DNA from: Lingula anatina
Lineage: Eukaryota > Animalia > Brachiopoda
NCBI GenBank assembly: GCA_051362555.1
Contig: CM120640.1
Span: 25,592,225-25,656,224, forward strand
Direction of reading: 5' to 3'
Length of the DNA: 64,000 nucleotides
This document shows positions 41,387 through 55,965 of this stretch, one piece after another (within the stretch, counting starts at the first letter, position 1; every line of letters begins with the position of its first letter). The notes under the pieces are model-generated. The model ran no database searches. It was not told the DNA's origin and worked only from the letters and a program-made list of their open reading frames with translations. The position numbers were made by a program, and so were the translations under genes.

Positions 41387-42961
41387 AGACAAACGCACAC
41401 ATCTTGTCCATTTCATTTGACTTTCTCATTACAAAAGTTTATTCTAAACTTGGACAATAATTCTCAGAGCCATAATTGAGCCATACGGATTGACTGTATG
41501 GAGTGCAAAATCTTGTACTTCCTTGCACTAGCGCAGGTCCTGAAATGGTTATTGAATATGAATAAGAAAGTGGTTTAAAAATGGAGGCATATTAGATTTT
41601 TACTATATTGAATTTGACGTGGACAACCTCATCCTTATCATCGAAAAGAGGGTTTGTTTTCTCTCGGTACGAAATCAATAAGGCGATTGAGTTGCAAATG
41701 CCACGGGAGATTCATCACATTCCTGCGAGGTAACGGTACAAAGCACTTACTTTACAAAAATATGGTTAAAACATCTTCTTACAAAAGTTCTTAAATTGAG
41801 AGAAGATGAAGATTTTAGGAAGACAACTTAAGCCAAAGGACGAGAGATATAAGTCAGGTTTGAGGTTGTCGAATCTTTTCATCAAGGTTACTTTGAGAAA
41901 AGTTTATTAAGTCAAATGTCATATGAGGATGTCTACTTGAATTTTCCAAAAAAAAAAAAAACTAATGGGGTTTCTTATTAAAGTAAATGGGATCGATTTT
42001 CGAGTTACTGATTAGATTGGATGACATGAAGCAATTAGACCGCACGAGAACGGTCTATGTGGATACATGATAAGTTAAAGTCCGGCTGTCTCCGAGCTTA
42101 AACAGGAATAGTCAGTATGCAACTTAAGATGCAAGATAGAAGATGAAATGCATTTTTACCTCAATGCACTGGATACATAGAAAGGATTGACAAGATCGAC
42201 ATTTAAATAAAGGGAACGCTTTAGTTGAAAACTTTTATCAGAAAAATTAAACCAACTGACGAAATCACAATATCACTGTACATGTATATATATTATAAGA
42301 CAAGAACGATTGTACAACACATTAATTGGCATTGAATCCTGAAGGGCTGGATTTTTTAATACACTGTAACATCTAAACTATAGTATATAAATGAATGAAT
42401 GAATAATCTGTCTTAATTGTATCTACAATGGGCTCTTGAGCTATTGTGCATGATTACAGAATAACAACTAGGAATATATATATTCAAACTGTAAGTGTTA
42501 CAAGAGAGCAAATGATTAGAAAAACTTCCAACACTTGCTTTTCTTTGTTTTCTTACTTTTCCATTCTTCCAATAGAAAATCTTGACTAGATATAAAATAA
42601 ATCGCTTGTTGCATTTTCTAGTCAGAGTTGCTCTTCTCAAATAAGTTGAGCACTGCTTTTTCCCCGGACAACGGACACAAACGTTTTAAATTTTAATCGA
42701 CTTTCATGCAGCACATGTTCACGCACTCACACATGACAGGAAACGCACTTGAATACACATCCGTACACAGGCACGTTTGTCTGAGAGTTTGTTTACTTTC
42801 TCATCTATTCATAAATGCTTTGCAGATGTACTTGATTACAAACCCAATACTTAGAGGCGGAAGGCTATCAGTCTAGTAGCTCTTTTTTAGTCGGCTCCCA
42901 TCCATACCTTGTGGCTAGTAATGATAAGTGAATAGAAATCGTCAAAATAAACCGAATGTTG

Positions 42962-43716
42962 ATTTTAACTTTAGGACCACAATTTTGGTCTATTTCAATC
43001 CAGAATTTAGGCGCAGAAGTCTACAAGAATAAAGTAGACATCGGTCTTTAACAAGCCATTCGTCACGTTTCGCAAAACCGGACCAATATTATTCTCCAAA
43101 AGAATCTCTACTGATTTACGCTTGGTCAAAGTACATTAAAAGAAACTTTAAAGTCTTAAAATAGGACTTTCGACATAAGTTTCTCTGTGAAACCGGTCCC
43201 TACGTTACTTAAGAGGCTATCAGTCGAAAGCTAAAACAGGTGCGTGACATACTAGTTGTAAAGGTGAAGCAGCCACGTAGTTTCCAGAGAAATGGAGGAA
43301 ATTATCAAAAGGTGGTACTTCAGCTAAAGGAAAACAAAATTTTAACTTTAGGACCACAATTTTGGTCTATTTCAATCCAGAATTTAGGCGCAGAAGTCTA
43401 CAAGAATAAAGTAGACATCGGTCTTTAACAAGCCATTCGTCACGTTTCGCAAAACCGGACCAATATTATTCTCCAAAAGAATCTCTACTGATTTACGCTT
43501 GGTCAAAGTACATTAAAAGAAACTTTAAAGTCTTAAAATAGGACTTTCGACATAAGTTTCTCTGTGAAACCGGTCCCTACGTTACTTAAGAGGCTATCAG
43601 TCGAAAGCTAAAACAGGTGCGTGACATACTAGTTGTAAAGGTGAAGCAGCCACGTAGTTTCCAGAGAAATGGAGGAAATTATCAAAAGGTGGTACTTCAG
43701 CTAAAGGAAAACAAAA
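42962..43716. repeat. Tandem duplication, 2 x 377 bp
   Basis: 42962-43338 is repeated at 43339-43715 with no differences seen by eye. Confidence 0.93.
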
Positions 43717-43930
43717 CTTACTGTTTTCCTCTGACTTTATCATATCTCAGAGTTGAAAAACAAAATGTAACCTGAAAGATTGGGTTAAATGGATTAATTA
43801 TTTGCAATACAACCGTTAATATGGGTCAAAAGCAACCAATTTCACTTTCACGCAAATTTCCAATTTCGAATTGTCTAGTACATGGTTTCAAATCAACAAA
43901 ACAATTCCCTTTGACCAGAGATCAGTTGTG

Positions 43931-46281
43931 TTAAACTGCATTAAGGGTGCACATTTCTGTGTGCTCAGTCATCATGTTAGTATGCTCCACTGCTCTGGAT
44001 TCCTTGTGGTTGTATCTCCTTTCGCACAACAGCCTTCTGAACGCCGTGCGGAATTTCACCGACATGACGTTGTACAAAATCGGATTGATGGCACTATTCA
44101 AGAATATCATCATACGGCAGAAGAGAGCGAACCAGATGTTCAGATACTCCTCGTCAGCAAATGAATTGTAGACCACCAGGGCTCGGTAGGGCAGCCATAG
44201 TAAGGCGAAGAGGACCACTACCACGACCAGCATCTTCACAATCTGAATTAAAGATTAACCCAAGAGTACATTTATTTCTTACGTATAACTCTTAATTGCA
44301 TGCCGAATGATACAAATCAAAGCCTTAAGATAGAAGCAAGCATAAATCTATTATTAAACAATCGTACATTTACCATACAGATGTGAATAAAGGAAGTTTT
44401 GCCATTAAAATACAGCGTCGTAAGGGGAGCCTTTTCAAATGCAGTGTGTTCATTGCGTGGTCCAAAAAAATCATTGATAAGTTGTAAATATACACTATTT
44501 TGAGGCATTTTTAAGAAGTATCCATTGACTTATATGTCTAGCTGGCCTCAGTTAACTAAAAGGATTTCTGCAATATGGGAAGACTGCCCTTCGTGGTGTG
44601 AACATCGCACACACAACATCCCCCGTGTATTTTCTCTTCTGTGTAATTTTCCTCGCTGCTGGCCGATAGTAGAACGTTTTGTGTGGCTTACACAGAAAGG
44701 CTCTCAGCTGTTTCGTGTGCTCATTGCTAGACATTTTAAAATGACACTCACTTATGTCAAGAATATTGTGTAAAGTATTATTAGTAAGATAAGTGCTAGT
44801 TTACGGTTACTGTGGTTAAGACCCCAAGAAAAATAACACCAATCAATTTATGGGTGTTTTTATCATGAATGCCAAACGTTCAAATCAATTACAAAATAGG
44901 AAATCAAAGATCGACTTTCCTTTTTACTTCACTTACAGTGTCTGTATATACAGTATTCTAATTATCCGCATTTGTTCATGTCGTTGCCTACGCCATCCGA
45001 CTGAGTACTTCACCCCATCGCTGTCAAATCGTATTTTCGTATTACATGAAATTCACTTATTGACTTTGTTACGTAAAAATACAGGCTCGAAAATCATTTC
45101 AGGCAGAGTTCTAAAAGTTAGTGGATTATTTTGCGACGTTCACTCCACAAATGCAAAGCCGTATTCTTGTTTTACTTTAAATTCACGGTACCAGTAGGGG
45201 GCTTTATTTGATAAAAAGGCAGGTGCGAGCTAAAAGATCAGCGTGTTAAGGTTATTTTCACGAATATTAATGGATTTTTTATTTATTCTGTTATGTAGGC
45301 TATGTATCTCTGCATTGTTCATCCCAGATGAACTACATGTATACTTATGTAATAGATAAATTATATGTTTCTGCAGAAATTTTCGAGAATTCTTAAACTT
45401 TCACCACCCAACTTGCCTGAACATCATTTATTCTGTTCTTTTAAATTTCATTGTTTAATGTTAGAACATACCATATTCCAATGCCTCATTATAGGTTATG
45501 ACCTTAACCTTATTAAACGCGACCTTACACGACCTCGTATTAAAAACGATAAAATCGAATAGCTCAAGAAAATAATATTTAATTGGGAAGTCTTAACATA
45601 CATTACATTCCTCTTACACCATTTGGACGGTGTAAGTGAGTTTGTCTAAAACGATACAATTACATATCTGTGTCTGTAAAAAAATTGACCACTACACAAT
45701 TAATGGTAAAGCAGACAAATGAAATATAGAAAGGAATAAATTTATTGAAATTGTGTTTTTATTTTACCGGAACCACGTCGGTAAAGTCCAATCGCTTATA
45801 CAACGTATCACTATCTCCTGTCAGATAAAGAAGTTGCGGCTCCATCAGATACAGTATCTTCCTTCGCTTATTCCTCGGAGATTGAACTAATGACACGGGT
45901 TGCCAAATGCGTGTATATCTATTTTATTTTCATCGAAATTTGCAAACGATGTTATTAGTCTATATTGAGTCTATAATTTAGCAAAAACGTATTTCAAAAT
46001 GTTTACTTTATACTCGGAATTGGATACCCTACAATTGCGCTTTTCCTATACACAACTGACCTTTTTGAAATAATGGATTATATTAGATTCAGATTCCTTT
46101 CCTTTTACTAGAGGTAAAAAGCACTTAAATCAAATAAGAAAATTTCGAGTGCATGATAGGAACATTTAAGTCCTCTTATCTGCAAACAGGCGCTAACGCA
46201 TGTAGTTAGTAACTGAGGTCGACCAAGCCATTGGTAATACAAGGTGACCGACTTCTTTTTTTAAGTGTTGAGCTGGGTCTT

Positions 46282-46361
<80 letters not shown>

Positions 46362-46482
46362 CCTTATAAGAGTGTTTACCGTATATCAGTAGGACTCTCA
46401 GAGAACATCTGAAGCCACTGCATTCGAAAGACCCTACTGTAATTCGTGATAAATACTTTGTCACCCACACATTTATAACCCC

Positions 46483-46534
<52 letters not shown>

Positions 46535-49500
46535 ACTACTTTCAGACAATCTTCTTTGGCCTTAAATATCGTTTGGACAAATCGGTTTATTAAATTTTTG
46601 TTAATAAGATCTTTCCTCTGGGACACCTCTAATCCTAAGGGGAGGCGATGTAAAACAACGCCCCTGTTGCCAGAAGCTATTGACCAGCACTGCGTCCATT
46701 CAGCAGAACCCCATAATATTATGAGCACGCAACTGCCAATAAGCAGCTACTGCTTCACAAGTGAAATCACTGATGTATGGCACTGCAATTCGCTCAGTTT
46801 TGTCATCAGCGTCCATACTGCGGAAATGGCAATGGGCGTATTTTGTTAATGCTCGGATTGCAGGAGGTCGGTCGATTTGTTGGACAGGGAGCAAAAGCTC
46901 GGTTGAACATTCTAGGGCCCCGTTTCACATGATACTTATTTTAATAGGCGACCTTAAATGTATTATTTGCGCATCTGAACATGCCCCGCGGTCACATCGT
47001 TATGAATAATTATCTTGCAAACCTAATTATCTTTCCCAATTTTTAAAATGATGATACCCTGTACCTCTTAATAAAACTGCCTGGTGGCATTTTTTGTATG
47101 GGAAACACATGATGGACTAAATTTATCATGACTAAGGTTATTTCTAAATTTTAATTTGAAACAGTGCAAAACATATAATCTAGAACGGGGACTGGACAAG
47201 CAATGATTCGTGGGTAGGAAAAAATTGCTTGTTGGAAATGGGATATAGCGCCGAAATCACCCTATAAATTACCAACAAAATTAAGGCAGTATTAAGTATG
47301 TGTAGGCCAAAAACATTGTCAGCCAAAGTAAAATGAACTGCCATAGCACCGCATGGCCAGTAATGCCAATAGCTAACTACGTATATGCAGGCTTATATAT
47401 ATTGCTCAGAAAATATCTAAGATTGATTTTGTTGGTTGACCATCCGTATTTTTAGTCAAACTTAATTGATTATGCTTACTGCACAAACTATCAGGGTCCC
47501 TTACACACATACGCGCAAATGATGATATTTAAATAATAGAATAAAAAAAGAATTATACTAAAGTTGCCCATAACGTTAGAACCTAAAAATCCCCAGTCAT
47601 TCACAAATAGGGTATGCCAGTCTTAAATATCAGCCACGTTGTTTGTGATAGATGTCCTAGTGTACTCTTTTAAGAGAAATGCTACTTAATTGTTATGTAT
47701 ATCCCAATGTTACTAGGTAAACACATTTTGGTGTATTAGTCGAAAAAGATATTTAGAAAATCCAGGTTGATCTCATTCAATTATGTGCTCTCTACAAGAA
47801 AGAATCAGGAGGGAACTTGAAAAGAAAGAAACAACGATTTAAGCGTCTGATTAAGATGGATGTGACAGGCAACACGCCTGTAGTAATGGAATATCTCATA
47901 TATTGCATTGAGTTAAACACATCCGTCTTAGTTCTTATGTACTCACAAAGAGATCCATTTCAAATACACATGGTATTTCAGAATTGATGTATGTTACACT
48001 TTTCAGGGTCTCATGGGATTTCATGAAAAATTTAACTTGGTTGTTTACCTGTGCAAGTGTATTGGATTTATTTCACTATTCTAAGTTGAACTGGTGCTTT
48101 TTGAGAAATCCAAAATGGCCGTCATCAGCCAGAGAAACAGTGTCTTTCAAAAATGGCTCTAAATACTGAATTTTATCATGTTTCTCTTAGTAATTCTTTT
48201 TAAAATTTCTATTTACTGTCTTCAACTTGTATGCACTTATTTTTGTATTGGAAAGCTTATGGTTATAGACTACTGCTTGGAAAGGAAACGAGAGCAAAAC
48301 GTCAAATTGAATCTAAATAAACCCAAGGTTTGTGGGTAATGGTACCTCAAAATGACGATCCTTCATAGTAAGGCTGTTTTAATGGGACATCTCGACCGAC
48401 TTCAAAATTCATTTTGATCTTTAAAAAAATTCGCCATAGACAAGGATTAGTTGATGACCAGCGGAACCGCCCAGAAGAAATGGTTTGGTAAAATTAATAA
48501 TTTTTCGTCTTGTTGCCCGACTTGTACAGATAATAATATTCAACCACTTATTTAATCTTTGGAAGTGAAAGTAAACTTTGTTTATTTGTCGTAAAATTTG
48601 TCAAGAATTATGCCAAAAATGAACAAGATAATGCTTCCATACTGGGTAGGCAGGGATAAACTAGCAGGCATAGGCGGTGTAACTGTTGAAAAAATCACAC
48701 CATCATCAGTAAGGGCGGTTCTGGGATTCATTAGAATATCAGTATCAGAAATACAGACAGCTTTTCCGATAAAAGCCAACGGTACTAGTGTGTGCATGAA
48801 AGTTATTGGCAGCCTCTCCCGCCAGTACTTAGATAACGTAGCACCGACCCACCCCAGTGGCTTTGAAATCAATCTTATGGCATCCAGTCGTATCATTTCT
48901 AGAGGAAAATAAGGAAACGCTGCTGGGTCACTCCACAAAAAGTATTTTAATCACGTCAAAGATGCACACATTTTGTGTAATGTGTCACTTTGAATGACCT
49001 GTAAATTGCATTTTCGTAGGCGTATTGCAGTGCAATTATGCAACACATTAATATCCCTCCAAGAAGTCGACAACAGCTTACCTAACTACAGCACTTAACG
49101 ATAAGCATTACCATTATTCCACATACCGTACATTTTCCACCCAACCCATAAATATTCCGCAAATTACTACCATAAAAGTTTTCCACACAAATACACACAC
49201 ACATTTTCATGGGGAGTTGAATAAAATCCTGGATAGCGTTTCTGGTTTTCACGATATAGCGAACCCTGTATATTCCTCCACCATCTTACATTCAATTGTT
49301 TTGCAAACACGCTATGAGGATCAACGCCAAAAGTCTCGCCACTTAGCGTAAAATCAAGCGAGATTTCGTTAAATTTGGAGGAAAGTGGAGTCATGAATAA
49401 TGCAGACTAGCGAGTGCGGAGCAGCAAAAATAAAGGACAGAATTCCACAATTTTAGTGGTCCATTTTTGTACATGTATTTTTTTAAAGCGACATTCCTGT

Positions 49501-51867
49501 AGCAAAGAGTTTCATATTTATTGCTTAGAAGTTAACCCCACCTCCGGCATGTTTTTAGTCTGTTGCTTTCCCGAAAGTACGCGAATGTTGTTAAATTAAT
49601 GGCGTCGCAGGTATTTACAGACATTCTATTTATTTTTTAAATATCTATTTATATGAAACCTGAAACGTAGGGGAGACCGGGGCTAGTTGGACCACGAGGT
49701 AAGTTGGCCCCCCATCAAGTCTCTTTAATAAAGTTACTTTAAGATGCTAAATTATTTCATTTGGACTCACTGCCTACGCTTTCTTAGCACTCTTGGATAC
49801 GGTCACTTTACAAAATGATGTGATCAATTCTTTTACCCCATAGTTACTTTGTCATAAATTGATGGGGGGCCAACTTACCCCTGGGTCCAACTAGCCCCGG
49901 TCTCCCCTAATATAAAGAATACTTTTAATTACCTAATTGGCATTTTCTAGTCTCTAAGACTAACAAACCAAAGCTACACACGTGATATGGTTTTGTAACG
50001 ATGCACAAATAGCGTTTGATGTCACGGTGATGTCTGTGCTCGGTGTATCGCCTTTGGCAAGCTAACTTCATCTGATTGTTCGACTCGCAGTTTGTCATAG
50101 CTTCCAGTAAGCGCGCAGGTCCTAAGCGCCCTGTTGTTTTTGGCGTAGACCTTATTTCTTTTTAAAAACTTTGTCACACTACTGGTATTAACTTTTTTTC
50201 TGGTTCACATTCTCGATAAATATTAATTTTGCATTTTATCAGCGTTTTATATGGATTATTTGACCAATACCCTACATATCAAATACTTTTCCATTAACCA
50301 GTGAGTTTGAGTATGATGTGGGTGCACAAGTCTGCTTGCTTTTAATGTGATGCTCAAATCATAATGAAATGAAGATTTTGCATGCGTGCTTGCAAACAAA
50401 ACCAGAAGAGCAAACAACACTTTTATCTTCTAAAAAGAAAGCAAGTTAAAAAACAGTCATTAGTATTCAAATCTTGTCCAGTTTCATCAACACTGGAAAG
50501 CGCTATCCAAAAAAATAGCACTGTCTACAATATATGTCCCCTGAACAGTTACTCTTTGGGTAAAGTAATGTTACGCTAGACACATATCTTGTCTCATATA
50601 TTGCTAACCAGCGCTCAAAATGGCTGCTATAATGAGGATAATTGTCCAGAGGATAACAATTAATTTTATCCAATGGATAGTGTAATTTATAGGATTGCGC
50701 TATCCATTGTTGATGACGCTGGGCCCTGAATGACGAGCAAGCAGAATATACGGGAGACCGGGGCTAGTTGGACCCAGGGCTAAGTTGAACCCCCATCAAT
50801 TTATGACAAAGTAACTATGGGGTAAAAGAATTGATCACATCATTTTGTAAAGTGACCGTATCCAATACTGCTAAGAAAACGTCGGCAGTGAGTCCAAATG
50901 AAATAATTTAGCATCTTAAAGTAACTTTATTAAAGAGACTTGATGGGGGGCCAACTTACCCCGGGGTCCAACTAGCCCCGGTCTCCCCTAAAAAGGTACT
51001 AACCTGAATTCTGGATCTTGTCATGTCCTGTTTGAAGGACGTCCTGTCTTTATTCACCCTTTCTTTCATTGTATTGCGCTTAATGCTATCGGCTGCAAGT
51101 CCACGATTTGTACTGAGAAACAAAATTCTCCCTATTAAACAATACAGAACTGCTGTCACGGCCAACGGTATGATATAAAATAAAACAAGGTCCACGAAGT
51201 AGTAGGCAGCATACCGACCTCTGTCAAGTTTGAAGGTACACACTTGAAGCACTGAACTGTCCCCTGTAGGGACCTGTATTTCGGTTAATCCAAACCACGG
51301 AGAGTTATAGAAGATACTAAATATCCATAGGCCAATTATCAGTTTCTTTGCTCGGCTTACTGTACACATTGCATGCGCCTTCATCGGGTGACATATGGCT
51401 ATGTATCTTTCTATGGTGAATGCAGTAATGGACAAGGCAGACGCATTTATTCCCAAATAATTCAAGAAAGTTAACAAAGCACAACAAACCGTGCCGTAAG
51501 GAAAGTGATTTGCGGCCCAAAACATTCCAACAGTATGAGGCAATGTCGCCGATATAAGAACCAGACAGTCAGCCAAGGCTAGGCTTACCAAGTAGCAGTT
51601 AGTTGTGCTGTGCATTGTCTTTGTACGTGCAACGACGACGATCACCAGTAGGTTGCCCAGGAATCCAACGGTAAAGATTATGACACCCATGATTACCGAA
51701 ATAATGACATACGGTAAGGGATAGTAGAATGGAAGTGTCACATTTGTCACGCTTTCATTGGAGACACATAAGGAGATATTGTTATTCCAGTCGCTCTCAA
51801 TACCGTTCAAAAAGCTTCCCTGATCCATGGAGGATTGAGGCGGTAACCCACTCGGTGATTGAGCCAT
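43931..51867 (-). CDS. TRHR: Thyrotropin-releasing hormone receptor-like GPCR, paralog A (391 aa)
   Basis: Exon 51004-51867 (TM1-5: [46 protein letters not shown]) splices in phase 0 to 43931-44242 ([40 protein letters not shown]). Confidence 0.93.
46283..46530. repeat. Poly-A + (AT)n and (CA)n microsatellites
   Basis: Directly visible. Other microsatellites lie at ~3637-3675, 6097-6148, 18431-18475, 41345-41400, 55928-55963 and 61888-61942. Confidence 0.9.
49668..49909. mobile_element. TA-flanked MITE family A, copy 2 (inverted relative to copies 1 and 3)
   Basis: Same TIRs; the interior is the reverse complement of copy 3. Confidence 0.9.
50749..50990. mobile_element. TA-flanked MITE family A, copy 3
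   Basis: Same TIRs and interior; it begins at intron position +14 after the TRHR-A exon-1 donor. Confidence 0.9.
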
Positions 51868-54800
51868 GTTTGATGTTATCCAGCCATTTATATGCTAGAA
51901 AGTCGTTCCAGATGGCATACCATAAAGTCACTTAAATTAATTTTGACAAATTCAACAAGATAATACATTCTTTGGATGATTCAGGTGATAAACTTCGTGT
52001 GCCATTCACTGCTCAAATATAGTAATGGGGGTTGGAAGATGCTCAGCCACTTTTAAGTTATCTTGTGTCCCTCAAGGGTATCGTGTTTGACAACTACAGC
52101 AGCCACATGTATAATTTATGCAATCTCCACGAACACTGTGTGGTTTTGTGCATCAGAAAACTTTCCTTGAAACAGGCATCGAGTTGCTTCCGACGTCACG
52201 TAAAAAGTCATCCTCCCACTCTTAGTGAAACGTCATCCAACCAGTAGTTCCCGCCTTTCAACAAGTCGTTTTCTACTGAGGAAATTTGGTCAACACCCCA
52301 CGTAAAGTCTTTCTCGTCGCTTCGACTACGTAACACGAAAACAATGCGGTTTTGCGTATTGCGCACCGTTTTCTACGTTAATTTCAGTTTTTCAGCTTCC
52401 TCTCACTTTGGAACTCTCATTTGACAACGCACTTATATACGCAACTACACTGTGTTCCATGGTGGTGTGGCTGCGAGCATTTCTGATCTTTTGTCAAAAC
52501 AAATTACATACAATGCTAAAACAAGATGGTAGTATTCGAATACATAACACCCTTTGGCGAGTTATGTGACAGTTCCAGTGTTGTGACAGATTATATCCCG
52601 TGTAGCGCCAACCCGTTCAATGAGTGCCAATGAATGTTTGTCGCTTTAAACTTCCCACTGCTGCACACAAGCATCAAAACATAAAGTCGTAATATCCCCG
52701 CTACATAGACAGCTGTTCACTAAATAAATTAACGTAAAAGACTTCATATCTTACACGATGTAAGACTAATACGGTAATGAATTATTCACAGGAAAAGCAG
52801 ATGTATTCTCTTACTAAGGATGTCAAAAGTGTGAGCAGCATATGTAGCTCATCACTGTGTGAATTTATAATCTAGAGAGCGCGGTAAATCAAAGATTCAA
52901 CGCGGGCACTGTGACCTTGTCCTTGTAATAATCATATTGTTGAGATAACACCCTAGAAAAGAGTTTCGATGCTATCGATTCGTTTTTTTTTCTATTCCTC
53001 ATGTTCAGAATATACAGATATCTAACTTCTTACAATCAACAGGCATGATAACCTTAACGAATCTTTATTACATTTGAGGTGATTTTTTCAATGATTTTGA
53101 TAAAATGATGAGAGGAAAACAGAAAAGAAAATGAGAGAGGAAAAAAGGTACCCTTTTAAGTGTTGCTTGTGTAGCCTGATTTACAGCGCGTCTGTTAAAA
53201 CATATGCCAAAAAGCAAATGTACAGCTTTGATTGGTATGCAGACCGTGCTTACCGTGTACCATAAGGTTTATATGACGACGCCAATTGTATATAATCAAA
53301 GCTCCAGAAGAATATTTGGTTGCGATAGAATTTCGTTTATGGTGAAATTGATGTGAAGTAGTGCATTAATTTTGCAAAAATGCTGGTTTACAGTAACGTG
53401 GTGAAAATTGCATTAACGCAGTTTCTAGGATGGAAAATGGTGCGGGTATTCTGATAGGGCAAAAATCGTACATACAAATTTCATTAAACAAACCACTTTA
53501 ATATAACTTTTGCGTTAAAACGAACTGCTTTCAATATTAATGATTTCCCTTTTAACAGTTTAGCTGTTAAAAGCGTGGCGCAAAAGGCCATTTTAGAATA
53601 TGAATTATTCCGACAAGTCACGAATCTATGTAATGCAACGCCACAAAAGAGCACTAGTGTCACGTTAAAATTAACATTTCAACTCTGACAGAATTTCATA
53701 ACAGTACTTCTATTTTATCCTTTTTTTTCGTTATCAGGATGAGCATGTAAGTAGAAAAAAAGCCACAGCAACTTGAACTGCTAGGTAACGCTAGCATGCA
53801 TTTATAACGCTTCCCGTGGCAAAACAGTGCATGGCCTCAAATTCATGTATTTAGACATCAAATGATCGTTGAGCACTTTGATGTGTATGCTCGGTAATTG
53901 CCTGTGAATACTTAAAAGGTGCAATATAAACCAAATCCGAAGCGGGGCCGTGCAATTGATGCCACAGTGCACGTATACGTGTAGGTCATTAGGAATAATG
54001 TAGCGCCACCTTTTGCCGATAAAGAGTATAGGTACATAACGTGCCTCAACAAGTATCAGTAGAGACATACACAAGTATGAAATTTCTGAATTATTTTTCT
54101 CTCGGATTGTTTAGTAAACATCGTTTTTCTAAATCTCAGTGTTGCTGCCTTTGATTATTGCGACGGATAAGTTACAGCTAAAAAATCCAATAAGCATAAA
54201 GAATTCCTCGAAAAAGATTTGTTCGAAAGTATAAAGATAATCGCAAAAAGATAACACTTTAAGTTTTCTCAGGTCAATGATGCTGGTAGGGCAGTTCAAG
54301 CAATCAGGCAGTGAGGTTAGTGAGTGCCAACGGCGCCACTTCCGTCAATCAAGTTTGTCATCTACGCACTTAATCGATGCTGACAGCAAAGCTATAGAGA
54401 AAAATTACTGCGTTATTAGCTCTAATTAGCGACGCTCATTAACGGTTTGGAATCCCATGGGAATAAATTGAACAAAAAGATAAGCGTAAGGCTGTAAATG
54501 GGAGAAGTATACCACTTATGTGAAAATGATGATTATATTATACCATATAACCTATTGCTTTGTTGCTTTTATAGATCAACAAAGCATCTGGTCTAATTGA
54601 CTTATCTTTAAATCATTTACAACGTGACATTTTTTTTCGATTTATGATAAGCGGTCTCCACAATTTATCTAAGAAGCTTCCATTTCAAGTCGGTCAATAC
54701 GGCTAGGAAAAAGGACTGTAGTTTTACGTGTTCCGCAGTTTTGGACTCCACCATTTTATTCCGTACATTCTTAGAATTTACATGCATAAATGGGTGAATG

Positions 54801-55659
54801 TGAAGAAGGGCGGACAAAGCAATGACGACACTACACTTATGCTAGGACAGGACATAAAATTTGGGTCCTAGACTTCAGTTATCCCATTGACAAGATGGAG
54901 TTGGGGTCAACAGTGTTTATACTGCCGATTTGTAAAAACGATGTTTGGTGTTTTTGTTTGAAGACGCAACTCCAAAGGACCGTTCCCATAACCATATCGC
55001 ACTTGGCGGGGATTCTCGCTAACTGCATTCAGTGTAAGCGGCTGAACTGTCTGGCGCGTCTACACAGGCTGCTAGGAGGTAATTAACCATAGTCAATCTC
55101 CCCCCCCCCCCCCCCACCACCACCCAGTTACTCAAAGGGCATGTCAGATAATAAAGTTGCTTATATTGAAAGCACTTTAAATAGTGAGAAGCCCCGCAGA
55201 GTAAGATCGATTCAGCTAAAACGATGGGTTTATGGGAACGCAGTCTAAGACTTGACTGGCTCATAACATTTAAAAGTATAGGCGGCGTTACCATTAAAGC
55301 TATGGTTTAGCAATATACAGTATCTTAGATCAAGAGCTACGCACATGGCAAGGAAACCATGGGAGACCGATGTGAAAATATGATATTAAGTAATTATCAC
55401 GCTCATGATTTTATTATTTCATTGAGCATGATAAACGTAAAATCAGAGTAGGGTTTGCAAAAAAAAAATCAAGTTAAAAGTGTACTTTTAGGCCTTTTAA
55501 AATATCAAATGTGACAGCGTCTATTATAAAGTAAAATGAACATTGGAACTTGTGCTGTTGGTACATTCTTTATTTGTTAAAGCAAAAAAGAAAAAAACTT
55601 TCATATCGTTATCATATCAATAAATGAAGGTTTTGTGTTATTAAATTTCATATGTTAGT

Positions 55660-55906
55660 GAGACTGGGTTCTCATCCCTAGATTGATCTAACAGGATCGG
55701 TCCATCTCCACGGGGTCCTTAACTAAATTGCTTTCGGCCCAAGCGGCTTAGACGTCTAAAGCTACTAAACGCTAGTTAATTATCCCTTATCAGCCTCAAC
55801 AGGCGTGACAGACATCTAAGCCGCCCAAGTTAATTGCAATTAAGCGAGAATCCCCTCGGAGATAGTTCGATCCAAACTTAGTACGATAGTCTCTGGGAAT
55901 GGTCTC
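55660..55906. mobile_element. Palindromic MITE family B, copy 2
   Basis: Ends GAGACTGGGTT and GGGAATGGTCTC are reverse complements of the ends of the 9817-10049 copy; shares CTAAATTGC, GGCTTA and AGGCGTGACAGAC blocks. Confidence 0.65.
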
Positions 55907-55924
55907 AAAGTAACTCTGACTTTT

Positions 55925-55965
<41 letters not shown>

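Noticed and set aside
41044-41400. ORFs containing CVCVCV, IYIYIY or THTHTH runs (also 46261, 55932, 61789, 6053)
   Set aside because: Microsatellite translations.
48582-48938. Overlapping 104-aa and 118-aa ORFs inside the TRHR-A intron
   Set aside because: No recognisable motif or splice support; compatible with chance.
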